From: an uncultured Acidimicrobiia bacterium
Lineage (GTDB): Bacteria > Actinomycetota > Acidimicrobiia > Spongiisociales > UBA11373
Reading direction: 5' to 3'
DNA length: 64,000 bases
Assembly (NCBI GenBank): GCA_964633975.1
Contig: CAZWKX010000002.1
Coordinates: 18,296-82,295 of the forward strand
Positions 17,385 to 26,423 of the stretch are shown in pieces. The position numbers were made by a program, and so were the translations under genes. The notes beneath the pieces are model-generated. The model was not told the DNA's origin. It was given only the letters and a program-made list of their open reading frames with translations, and made no database searches. The stretch's first letter is position 1; every line of letters starts with the position of its first letter.

Positions 17385-18371
17385 CTACCTTCTGATAAGC
17401 GCCTCCAACCAGGGAATCGACTCCTGCCGATGCCTCCACCACAGGTCCTCCCACATGTAGTGGACGACGAGCTGCCGGTATTCCCCGTAGCCGGCGATGT
17501 GCTCGAGCAGCGTCTCCACCGGAACGGGATTCTCGGGATCACCGTCGAAGAACAGCTTGGTGTAGATCTTCTGCTCCCAGGGCGAGACGTGATCGAAATG
17601 GTCCCAGTGGTGGAACACGTCCATAAGCAGGTACCAGACGGTGGCCGGGCCCACTCCGTAGAGGCCGAGGAGCGCCCGGCGCTGCGTGTCGAGATCGCAG
17701 CGGCGCAGGGCAATCTCATCGATGCCGCCTGCGGCGAAGGCGCCGTCGATACGTTTGATCGACTTGGCCCGGTAGCCGACCTTTAGCGCTCGCAGGTCAT
17801 CCTCGCTCACCGGCCCAAGGGCGCCGGGCAACCAGAGCGCCGAGAGCTGCTTCCCGTCCCAGTCCAGTGGCGCGCCGTAGGCGTCCAGCAGCGCCTGGTA
17901 CATCTGAACCGACCGTCTCACCGTGGCGTTCTGCAGCACGATGCCGATGACGATGTACTCGTACAGCGAGTTTGGATGGCCCGGCCGCATCCCCCGCAAT
18001 CGCTCGATGACGGGGCCCACCACCGGGTTTCCGGCAAACCGGGCATAGAAGTCGGCTAGATCCAGATCGAGGTTGAAGCGGAAGCGAAGCTCCTCACCGA
18101 GCGACTCGACGGACTTGTCCTCCAGCTTCTCTCCGCAGAACACATCCACCTTCACCGCCGGCTCGTCGACCGTGCCCGCATTGGACATAGTCAGCCCGAG
18201 GCGCCGGTCGCGCCAGCACATGGTCTGCCAACGCACCCCCGGCTGCCACTCGTTGTCGCCCGACGTGAAGTGGTCCGGCTTGAAGAAGGTGGCGTCGAAG
18301 TGAAACGGTGCCGTTGGCACCAGCACCGCCGAGTGCACCTTGTCCAGCCTTCTCACGTCGCGTTCGGCCAT
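17385..18371 (-). CDS. HhH-GPD superfamily DNA glycosylase (AlkA / 3-methyladenine glycosylase II-like)
   Basis: 328 aa with a helix-hairpin-helix + Gly/Pro-rich loop (LLGLYGVGPATVWYLLMDVF) and an N-terminal AlkA-like domain. Confidence 0.55.
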   Translation of the reverse strand: MAERDVRRLDKVHSAVLVPTAPFHFDATFFKPDHFTSGDNEWQPGVRWQTMCWRDRRLGLTMSNAGTVDEPAVKVDVFCGEKLEDKSVESLGEELRFRFNLDLDLADFYARFAGNPVVGPVIERLRGMRPGHPNSLYEYIVIGIVLQNATVRRSVQMYQALLDAYGAPLDWDGKQLSALWLPGALGPVSEDDLRALKVGYRAKSIKRIDGAFAAGGIDEIALRRCDLDTQRRALLGLYGVGPATVWYLLMDVFHHWDHFDHVSPWEQKIYTKLFFDGDPENPVPVETLLEHIAGYGEYRQLVVHYMWEDLWWRHRQESIPWLEALIRR

Positions 18372-18579
18372 GGCTCACACAGCTCACACATGCCAAGCCA
18401 CGGTACCGATGCGGTGGGACACGACTCGACTCGAAGACCCAGCCTCGGATGGCAGTCGAGAGCGATACAGTGTCCGACCACGGGGTTCAAGCACTCCGCC
18501 CTATGCAGCCTGCATTCCGCAATCTGCGTTCCTTTCCGCCATCGAGATAGCAGCACATGCTCCTATACCCTGCCCGCCC

Positions 18580-19824
18580 ATGTCCCGCTCCATCTTCGCC
18601 ACCATCGCCATCGTGTTCCTGGCCTCAGCCTGCTCCGACGCAGCAACGGCCGAATCGACAAGCACCTCAGCCGCCCCCGCCACGACAACCTCTTCCTCCA
18701 CAACCCAACCCTCCACGACCACGACGGCCCCGGCCACCACGACGACAACAACCATCGCCCCCTTGCCTCTCTCCGAGATCGAGTTGACGCTGGCCGAGGT
18801 AGCCTCCGGCTTCACCCAGCCGGTGTTCCTGGATGCCCCGCCCGGCGACGGCCGGCTCTTCGTGGTCGATCAGCCGGGGACCATCGAAGTCTTCGACAAC
18901 GGCGAGTGGAACACCTTCTTGGACATCACAAGCAAGGTTCACTTCGAGCGTGAACAGGGACTGCTGGGGCTCGCCTTCCATCCCGACTTCGAGCAGAACA
19001 GGCGCTTCTTCGTCGACTACACCAACACCGGCGGCACCACGATCATCGAGGAGTACCTGGTCTCTGAAACCGACCCGGACGTTGCCGATCCGGGCTCGGC
19101 AAGAGTCGTGCTTGCTGTTGAACAGCCGGCCCCCAACCACAACGGCGGCATGATCACTTTTGGGCCCGATGGCTACCTGTATGTCGCCATGGGTGACGGA
19201 GGCGGCGCCGGCGACCCGCACGGGAACGGTCAGAACAGAAACACTCTGCTCGGGGCAATACTGCGCATCGACGTCGACGAAGAGCCCTACGGGATCCCCG
19301 CCGACAACACGTTCGCCGACGGAGGCGGCGCACCCGAGATCTGGGGGTACGGTCTGCGCAACCCTTGGCGGTTCTCCTTCGACGGCGACCTCATCTACAT
19401 CGCGGACGTCGGCCAGGGCCTCTGGGAGGAGGTTGATGTCGCCGACGTCACCTCTGTGGGCTTGAACTTCGGGTGGTCGGTCATGGAAGGCAACCACTGC
19501 TACGCCGTCAGCGACTGCGATCCCGCGGGCCTCAAGCTGCCCATTCTCGAGTACGGCCACAACAACGGCGACTGCTCTATCACAGGCGGCTATGTGTATA
19601 GAGGCGATGCCATCCAAGAGCTCGGCGGCGTCTACTTCTACGGCGACTACTGCACCGGCAGGATCGGCTCTTTCCGCCTCGGCGACGACGGCATCGCCGA
19701 GCAGCGCGACTGGACCGGCACACTCGGCCCGGTGCCGCGGCTCACCTCATTTGGAACCGACGCACACGGAGAGCTCTACCTCATGTCGACAGACGGCCGG
19801 CTGCTTCGCATAGAGCCGGCCTAG
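18580..19824 (+). CDS. Secreted/lipoprotein PQQ-dependent sugar dehydrogenase (soluble glucose/sorbosone dehydrogenase family beta-propeller)
   Basis: Signal peptide MSRSIFATIAIVFLASAC followed by a Thr/Ser/Pro-rich linker, then GLLGLAFHPDF..NHNGGMITFGPDGYLYVAMGDGG..GYGLRNPWRFSFD. The real ATG is at 18580; the 80-aa N-extension is rejected. Confidence 0.75.
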   Translation: MSRSIFATIAIVFLASACSDAATAESTSTSAAPATTTSSSTTQPSTTTTAPATTTTTTIAPLPLSEIELTLAEVASGFTQPVFLDAPPGDGRLFVVDQPGTIEVFDNGEWNTFLDITSKVHFEREQGLLGLAFHPDFEQNRRFFVDYTNTGGTTIIEEYLVSETDPDVADPGSARVVLAVEQPAPNHNGGMITFGPDGYLYVAMGDGGGAGDPHGNGQNRNTLLGAILRIDVDEEPYGIPADNTFADGGGAPEIWGYGLRNPWRFSFDGDLIYIADVGQGLWEEVDVADVTSVGLNFGWSVMEGNHCYAVSDCDPAGLKLPILEYGHNNGDCSITGGYVYRGDAIQELGGVYFYGDYCTGRIGSFRLGDDGIAEQRDWTGTLGPVPRLTSFGTDAHGELYLMSTDGRLLRIEPA

Positions 19825-20063
19825 CCCTCTGATGAGGTAGCACTGGCCCAGGGGAGAGCTACCTCACAGGGCCTCTAGCACTCTTGACCTTCTCGGAGGG
19901 GGTGTACTTAGTCAGCAGCTGCCCAGGCGAGAGTGATCTCATCTGCCGTGCCGTCTTGCCGGGGGTGAGAGTGAGGTGGCGATGGCCCTGATTCCCAAGG
20001 TCAGGTCGGTCGGCGCCTGAGGACCTCTGGGACAGGCCGGTTATCGGTTCGTATTGTTGGACT

Positions 20064-20600
20064 ATGGCGAGGAGTAGGCGAGTCGGACCGCAGATCCTGG
20101 TTGAGGGGCCGCCTGGTGTTGGCAAGACGACCTTGGCCGAGCGGGTGACAGCGACGCTGCAGAAGCGGCACCATGTGGTTGCTGGTTTCACCACGGGAGA
20201 GATGAGGGCAGAGGGTCGGCGAATCGGCTTCAGGGTGACGGCGATTGGCGGCGACGAGGCGGTCCTCGCCCATGTCGACTACTCCGGCCCACCCCGGGTG
20301 GGCAGATATGGGGTCGACCTGAGAGCCTTCGAAAGAGTCGCCCTCCCTTCTCTGCAGGCGACCTCGGGAGCAGTGGTGGTGTTGGATGAGCTGGGGAAGA
20401 TGGAGCTTGCCTCAGTCGCCTTCGGCACTGCGGTGACAGGGTTGTTTGATAGGGGGGCATCGTTGTTGGCAACCGTGCACACTTTTCGCCACCCCTACAC
20501 CGACGCTCTGAAGAAGAGGCCAGGTGTGGTGCGCCTGTCCCTCACCCGTGCCAACCGAGACAGTCTGGTTGGTGAAATCGTCGCTCAGTTCGTTCCGTGA
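20064..20600 (+). CDS. THEP1-type nucleoside-triphosphatase (AAA-like NTPase, PF03266)
   Basis: 178 aa ILVEGPPGVGKTTLAERV..GFTTGEMRAEGRRIGFRVTAIGG..VVVLDELGKMEL: Walker A/B and THEP1 family architecture. It sits in a lower-GC patch (19.8-21.2 kb). Confidence 0.65.
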   Translation: MARSRRVGPQILVEGPPGVGKTTLAERVTATLQKRHHVVAGFTTGEMRAEGRRIGFRVTAIGGDEAVLAHVDYSGPPRVGRYGVDLRAFERVALPSLQATSGAVVVLDELGKMELASVAFGTAVTGLFDRGASLLATVHTFRHPYTDALKKRPGVVRLSLTRANRDSLVGEIVAQFVP

Positions 20601-21433
20601 GTAGGTCAGTGAAGCTCATTCGGACTCGCGTGTCCCGGTCCGGTATCAAGGCCGACTTGCTCAAGGAACATCCGTAACACTGGCCCAGGCCAAAGCGACG
20701 TCGTCGGACGTGCCGGTCAGGAAGTCGTGGACCCCTCGCGTCGCTCTCCAACAACAGTGGGACGGGAGTACCCGCCGGCCACCTGGCGACGTGCCGGCGA
20801 AGGCATCAGCAGCCCACGCGACCAGGGCCGATAACGTGGACCGCCGGGTCTCACTGCGCGTCGGAGCGCCGCCATCTTGACAGCAAAATGCTTTCGGGGA
20901 AGAGCATCCGATGGTCTGGGTAGTCTTTGCCGTCGTGGCTGCGGCCATCGCGACTGCGCTGTCTTCGCTCTGGTGGGCACACCGCCGGTCGCCTCCGGCT
21001 TGATCCTCATCGGTCTGTGCATCGTGTCGATGTTCGGGATATCGAAGCAAGCGTTATGGAGTGTGCGTGACGTCACCACCGATTCGGGTGAATGGTGTCT
21101 CACCTATGAACACCCGGACGGCCACATACTCAGCGAGTGCAGGCCCACAGAGGACGAGGTTTGGGCGTGGGCCGATGGGCTCGACGCCTAGCTCGAGCCG
21201 GTCTACGGAGCCCGCGAGCAGGACACGTCCTCGGGTCTCGCCTTCGGTGTGCTGTTCTATGTCTCTCTCGCCAGCGCGATGGGAGCCTTCGCCTGGGCCG
21301 GCATCGCTCGCCGGCGTTCCACCCCACCCTGAGCTTCCCACAAGCAGACTCAGAGCCAGCGCCGCCCGAAACACTGCGCCGGATCCGGCCGGCTCGATTC
21401 ATAGCGCAACCTGGCAGCAAGTACCCTGCCGCC

Positions 21434-22075
21434 ATGCCCGACACCGGCACACTGCTTGCTTTCTCGGCGGCGGCTCTCATCTTTTTCGTCGTACCCGGCC
21501 CGGCGGTGCTGTACATCGTCACCCGCAGCGTCACCCAGGGCAGAGCCGCCGGCTTCGCCTCGGTGGCCGGTATCCACACCGGCAGCCTGGTGCACATCGG
21601 GGCGGCCGTCGCCGGGCTAACCACCCTGCTGGTCACTTCGGCCACTGCCTTTCGCGCCATCAAGTGGGCCGGGGCGGCATACCTGATCTACCTGGGAATC
21701 AGAACTCTGCTGGAACGTGGCGAAGACGGCGAGAGTCCCGTCACGGTGGCGCCCGCTCCCCTCGGCAAGGTGTACCGGCAGGGTTTTGTGGTCAACCTGC
21801 TCAACCCGAAGATGGCCGCGTTTTTCCTCGCCTTCGTGCCTCATTTTGTCGACCCGGCACGCAACTCGACGAGCCAGCTCCTCGTCCTTGGCGCCTTGTT
21901 CGTGATGCTGGGAGCGCTCTCCGACGGCACCTACGTGCTGGTGACCGGCTCGCTGGGCAATCACCTGCAACGCAGCGACTGGTGGCGACATGGCCGCCAT
22001 CTCGTGTCGGGAAGCATCTATCTGACCCTCGGCGCACTGGCCGCGGCAGGCGCCGCCACGTCTAACGGTGAATAG
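21434..22075 (+). CDS. LysE/RhtB-family amino-acid exporter
   Basis: 213 aa MPDTGTLLAFSAAALIFFVVPGPAVLYIVTRSV..NPKMAAFFLAFVPHF is the LysE signature, with ~6 TM helices. The ATG is at 21434; the ORF-track N-extension is rejected. Confidence 0.8.
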   Translation: MPDTGTLLAFSAAALIFFVVPGPAVLYIVTRSVTQGRAAGFASVAGIHTGSLVHIGAAVAGLTTLLVTSATAFRAIKWAGAAYLIYLGIRTLLERGEDGESPVTVAPAPLGKVYRQGFVVNLLNPKMAAFFLAFVPHFVDPARNSTSQLLVLGALFVMLGALSDGTYVLVTGSLGNHLQRSDWWRHGRHLVSGSIYLTLGALAAAGAATSNGE

Positions 22076-22150
22076 CGACACTCCCGACCGAACCGGTCGG
22101 CAACGCGTGACCGAGGCTCGACCACCTGCGGTCGAGAGCGGCCCGGTCTC

Positions 22151-23164
22151 TCAAGGAACCGGCGACCAACCCGGGTCGCGATCGTCGCTCGCCGGCCAAC
22201 CGCTCACGTTCACCAGGCCGGAGCCGTCGGCGTTCATCACATAGACCTCGGCCTTGCCGTCCCGCCACGAGGTGAAAGCGATCCGGCTGCCGTCGGGCGA
22301 CCAGGCGGGGAATGCGTCGGCGTAGGGATCGTCGGTGAGGCGGATCGTGCTGCGGCCATCGGCGTTCATCACGTAGATCTCGAAGTTGCCGTCGCGGTTC
22401 GATTGGAAGGCGATGCGGCTGCCGTCGGGCGACCACGCCGGCCCCTCGTCGTGCTCCGGGTCGAAAGTGAGCCGAAACAGACCGGAGCCGTCGAGATTGC
22501 AGGAATAGATCTCGTAGTTGTCTTCACCGACCCGATCGCTGGCGAAGGCGATCCGGGTACCGGCCGGGGACCATGCCGCGTCGATCTCGTTGCCGTAGAC
22601 ATAGTCGGTGACGTTGACCAGGCTGGACCCGTCGGCATCCATCACGTAGATCTCCGCATCGCCGTCCCGCAATGATTCGAAGGCGATGCGATTGCCGTCG
22701 GGCGACCAGCTCGGGTTCAAATCATCGGCGGCATCGAAGGTGAGACGGGTGGCATTCGAGCCGTCGGCATCCATTACGTAGATCTCGTAGTTGCCGTCCC
22801 GGGAGGAGTGAAAAGCGATCCGGGTACCGTCGGGCGACCAGGCCGGGAAACCGTCCCAGCCGGCGCTGTTGGTGACACGAATCTGGTCGGAGCCATCCTC
22901 GTCCATGTAATACAGCTCGCCGTCGCCGTCCCGATTACTGGTGAACACGATGCGCACCTCAGTCGAAGGAGCGATGGTCGGCAGAGTCGCCACAGTCGTC
23001 GACGTCGAAGTGGTGGTGGTTGCCGGCTGGGTGGTTGCCGGCTGGGTCGTTGCCGGCTGGGTCGTAGCGACAGTCGAAGAGGGCGCCGGGCCGGCAGACC
23101 CGTCACCGCCACAGCCACCCACCAGCAGCATCGGAAGTGCCATCAGGGTGATCCACCGGCGCAT
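22151..23164 (-). CDS. TolB-like beta-propeller repeat lipoprotein (WD40-like PD40 repeats)
   Basis: Signal/lipobox MRRWITLMALPMLLVGGCGG and a TTQPA x3 linker, then 7+ repeats of the R[ID]AF.S.RDG..EIYVM[DN]ADGS pattern. Confidence 0.8.
   Translation of the reverse strand: MRRWITLMALPMLLVGGCGGDGSAGPAPSSTVATTQPATTQPATTQPATTTTSTSTTVATLPTIAPSTEVRIVFTSNRDGDGELYYMDEDGSDQIRVTNSAGWDGFPAWSPDGTRIAFHSSRDGNYEIYVMDADGSNATRLTFDAADDLNPSWSPDGNRIAFESLRDGDAEIYVMDADGSSLVNVTDYVYGNEIDAAWSPAGTRIAFASDRVGEDNYEIYSCNLDGSGLFRLTFDPEHDEGPAWSPDGSRIAFQSNRDGNFEIYVMNADGRSTIRLTDDPYADAFPAWSPDGSRIAFTSWRDGKAEVYVMNADGSGLVNVSGWPASDDRDPGWSPVP
23018..23062 (-). repeat. 15-nt tandem repeat x3 (GGTTGCCGGCTGGGT) encoding the TTQPATTQPATTQPA linker
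   Basis: Direct tandem copies are visible in the sequence. They encode the Thr/Pro-rich linker of the TolB-like lipoprotein. Confidence 0.8.
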
Positions 23165-23230
23165 AGTGCCTCTGGACGGTTGCTCCGAGGCTAGCGGCGG
23201 CCGAGACACCACCGGCGGCCGCCGCCGCTC

Positions 23231-23527
23231 CTAGTGGGGCACTATGAGCTCGACTGCGGCGTACGCCAGTACGAGCGAGCCGAGGGCGACGGCAACGACC
23301 ACCAGCCAGGCCCGTTCGCCTCCATGGGTGATCGCCGACAGCCCGAAGGCGCCACCACCGACGGCCGAAGCGGCTGCAGCCAGGATCGCCCCGGACAGCC
23401 GGGCGTTCGAAAAAAATCCATCGCCGCCTTGCTCGCCGCTGAACACGAAGCCGAAGAACACCCCAAAAGCCGCCAAGGCGACGAACAGGAGTCCCACGGA
23501 AAGCCACCCCAGACCTGTCTTCGGCAC
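23231..23527 (-). CDS. Small hypothetical membrane protein (3 predicted TM helices)
   Basis: 98 aa, Gly/Ala/Phe-rich hydrophobic segments, and a clean ORF with high GC3. No recognisable family. Confidence 0.4.
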   Translation of the reverse strand: MPKTGLGWLSVGLLFVALAAFGVFFGFVFSGEQGGDGFFSNARLSGAILAAAASAVGGGAFGLSAITHGGERAWLVVVAVALGSLVLAYAAVELIVPH

Positions 23528-23749
23528 GCTCTTCCCTCTCGTTCTCTCTCGTCTCGGCCAAGGCTACGTTGAACCGGCCGCAACGGATCGCAGCCTTCCA
23601 TCTCAACGGGCCATAGGCGACCCACATCGATCACCTCTCACCCTCCGAGCCGACCGGGCTCACCCAGGCCAGAACCCGGGTTTTGTGATCGAGTACGATC
23701 CGACCCGGGCCCAAATCCCCCGAAGACCGTCGAGCCAAAGCGAGGGCAC

Positions 23750-24757
23750 GTGCCAAAAACCGCGTTTATCACAGGCATCACGGGACAGGACGGCTCGTAT
23801 CTCACCGACCTGCTGCTCGGCAAGGGCTACGAGGTCCACGGCATGGTCCGGCGCTCGTCCTTCTCCGGCTCCGAACGAATCGACCGCTACGAGCACACCC
23901 CGGGGCTCACCCTCCACTACGGAGACCTGGTCGACGCCGGCGCTCTCAGCCGCCTGGTGAGGGAGATCCGGCCCGACGAGGTGTACAACCTCGGTGCCCA
24001 ATCCCACGTCGCCGTCTCGTTCGAGAACCCCATCTACACCGCCGACGTCGACGCCATCGGGCCGCTGCGCCTGCTGGAGGCGATCCGCCAGCTCGATCAT
24101 CCAGTCCGCTTCTACCAGGCGGGATCCTCCGAGATGTTCGGCCGGGTCACCAAGATGCCTCAGAATGAGAGCACGCCGTTCCACCCCCGCAGCCCCTATG
24201 CGGCGGCCAAGGTGTATGCCTTCTGGCAAACGGTCAACTACCGCGAGGCCTACGGCCTGTTCGGCGCCAACGGAATCCTCTTCAACCACGAGTCGCCCCG
24301 GCGGGGTGACACGTTTGTGACCCGGAAGATCACCCGGGCGGCAACCCGCATCAAGCTCGGCCTCCAGGACCGCCTCTACCTGGGCAACATCGACGCCGAG
24401 CGCGACTGGGGATACGCCGGCGACTACGTCAAGGCCATGTGGCTGATGCTGCAGCAGGACCAGCCCGACGACTACGTGATCGCCACCGGAGAGCGCCACT
24501 CGGTGCGCGAGTTCTGCAACCGCGCCTTCTCGATCCTCGATCTCGAATGGGAGGAGCACGTCGAGGTCGACGAGCAGTACATGCGTCCCTCCGATGTGGA
24601 CAGGCTCCAGGGCGACGCGTCGAAGGCACGCAAGGTGCTCGGCTGGCAGCCCAGCGTCACCTTCGACAGCCTCGTCGAGATGATGATCGAGACCGATCTC
24701 AAGCTCGCCAACCGGGAGCGAACCCTGCTCGACGCCGGCTTCAAACCCGACGAGTAG
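23750..24757 (+). CDS. gmd: GDP-mannose 4,6-dehydratase
   Basis: [35 protein letters not shown].. and the short-chain-dehydrogenase-type YxxxK ([12 protein letters not shown]) identify it. A GTG start at 23750 has a GAGGG RBS. Confidence 0.9.
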   Translation: MPKTAFITGITGQDGSYLTDLLLGKGYEVHGMVRRSSFSGSERIDRYEHTPGLTLHYGDLVDAGALSRLVREIRPDEVYNLGAQSHVAVSFENPIYTADVDAIGPLRLLEAIRQLDHPVRFYQAGSSEMFGRVTKMPQNESTPFHPRSPYAAAKVYAFWQTVNYREAYGLFGANGILFNHESPRRGDTFVTRKITRAATRIKLGLQDRLYLGNIDAERDWGYAGDYVKAMWLMLQQDQPDDYVIATGERHSVREFCNRAFSILDLEWEEHVEVDEQYMRPSDVDRLQGDASKARKVLGWQPSVTFDSLVEMMIETDLKLANRERTLLDAGFKPDE

Positions 24758-24821
24758 CCACACAGGGACCGCCCTTCCTCGGCGAGTCCCTCCGGTAGAC
24801 CCAGCGGTGGTCCGAAGCCGA

Positions 24822-25637
24822 TCAGTCCCGAGGCACCAGCTCGGGAGCGGCACAGTCCTCACCGTACTCGACTATCGGCGGAACCAGCCGGGGATCCCTG
24901 CATGTGGGGCAATCCGCACGGCGCGGCACCTCAAGACTGGAGAACGTGGCAGACAGGGAGTCGTAGGCCAGCATTCGACCGACCAGCGATTCCCCGATGC
25001 CCAACAGGAGCTTCACGGTCTCCGTCGCTTCAATGCAGCCGATCACACCGGGCAAAGCGCCCAACAGCCCGACCTGTGAGCCGGGAGGCACCGATCCCGC
25101 CGGCGGCGGCACGGGAAACAGGCAGCGATAGCAGGGACCCTCGTAGGGCAGGAACGCGGTCACTCGCCCCTCGAAGCGGTACACCGAACCGTGCACCACC
25201 GCAACACGAAGGTGCATGGCGGCGTCGTTCATCAGGTAGCGGGTGCGGAAGCTGTCGGAACCGTCGACCACCACCTCATACGCCGACATGATCTCGAGCG
25301 CGTTGTGCACGGTGAGGCCCTGGGGATGGGTCCTCACCGTCACGTCCGGGTTGAGCCGGCCGATTACCTCCGCCGCGGAATCCACCTTGGGACGGCCCAG
25401 CCACTCCGAGTCGTGAAGCACCTGTCGGTGCAAGTTCGACAGCTCGACGGTATCGGCATCGGCGATCCCGAGAGTGCCTACGCCGGCTGCGGCCAGGTAG
25501 AGCGCGGCAGGAGACCCAAGCCCGCCTGCCCCCACGACGAGGACCCGTGAGCTGAGCAGACGCTGCTGGCCCGCCTCCCCCACCTCGGGGAGGATCAGCT
25601 GCCGGTGGTAACGGGCGCGCCGCCGATCATCGAGCAT
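24822..25637 (-). CDS. ThiF/MoeB-family E1-like adenylyltransferase
   Basis: YHRQLILPEVGEAGQQRL.., VLVVGAGGLGSPAALYLAAAGVGTLGIAD and C-terminal CYRC..CPTC zinc motifs. It has no rhodanese domain. Confidence 0.85.
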   Translation of the reverse strand: MLDDRRRARYHRQLILPEVGEAGQQRLLSSRVLVVGAGGLGSPAALYLAAAGVGTLGIADADTVELSNLHRQVLHDSEWLGRPKVDSAAEVIGRLNPDVTVRTHPQGLTVHNALEIMSAYEVVVDGSDSFRTRYLMNDAAMHLRVAVVHGSVYRFEGRVTAFLPYEGPCYRCLFPVPPPAGSVPPGSQVGLLGALPGVIGCIEATETVKLLLGIGESLVGRMLAYDSLSATFSSLEVPRRADCPTCRDPRLVPPIVEYGEDCAAPELVPRD

Positions 25638-25715
25638 CGTGTGAGCCTACGTCGCGGTGCCGCCCCAGGAGCCCGCATAGCAGGCGGTCACGACAAGAGA
25701 GCCGCCGGAGCCTCG

Positions 25716-26126
25716 TCAAACCCGGCACATCTCGAGCACCAGCGGCTCCTCTCTCACCACCCCGTCGCGGATCCAGAACCCGCGCACCTCGGGATGGTCG
25801 ACGTCGAGGAGCCCAACGAGCACATAGAGCCAGCCCGGGTCCAGGGCCTGGGCCACATCGGTGAGCGATGGGTAGGCCTCCGAACGCGTATGCGAGTGAA
25901 ACACGCCGGCGAGGCGCCACCCGTTGCGCTCCGCATGCTCCAAGGCCCGATAGTGCTCGTCGGGATCGAGGGTGAACGTCACCCCGGACCGCTCGGCGTT
26001 GCTGAGGCAGTAGGCCATACGAAGGCGCCCGTCTCCGTCGGCGGCAAGCAGCCCGCATCCCTCCTCGGGAAACGAGAAGCGCGCGTGGGCGATCATCGCC
26101 ATGCGTATGTCGACCGGCAGCACCAC
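25716..26126 (-). CDS. MPN+/JAMM metalloprotease (Mov34 family)
   Basis: 136 aa; EEGCGLL ... HSHTRSEAYPSLTD matches the JAMM E-x(n)-H-x-H-x7-S-xx-D zinc motif. It is co-oriented with the ThiF gene 78 nt downstream. Confidence 0.8.
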   Translation of the reverse strand: MVLPVDIRMAMIAHARFSFPEEGCGLLAADGDGRLRMAYCLSNAERSGVTFTLDPDEHYRALEHAERNGWRLAGVFHSHTRSEAYPSLTDVAQALDPGWLYVLVGLLDVDHPEVRGFWIRDGVVREEPLVLEMCRV

Positions 26127-26423
26127 GGGAACAACCGTACCCGGGCAATCCGCCTACGAATGCCGCCCTGCCGGCCGTCTACCCGCTCCGTGCCCATTCG
26201 GCATCCTGGAGGCGCCATCAGCAACGGCTAGCCTCTCCGCCGTGAACACAACGACGATCAGAGAACGCAACGTCAGCCTGCGGAACCCGGAGGGCGAGGC
26301 AGTGGTGACCATAGGCCTGCTCCCGGCTGCGGTTGCGGCCGCGGCCGCGCTCATCTTGGCGCCACGCTTGACCGCGGCGGCAGCCGTCACCGTTCTGTTC
26401 CGCCGGATGTCGCTTTCGATCGA

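Noticed and set aside
26127-26423. Search for a ThiS/MoaD/CysO-like carrier ORF (ending GG) upstream of the JAMM gene
   Set aside because: All six frames were translated by eye and none gives a beta-grasp-like ~90-aa ORF ending in Gly-Gly. The only ORFs (26101..26427 +, 26154..26390 -) are Ala/Thr-rich low complexity. Left as an unexplained 300-nt spacer.
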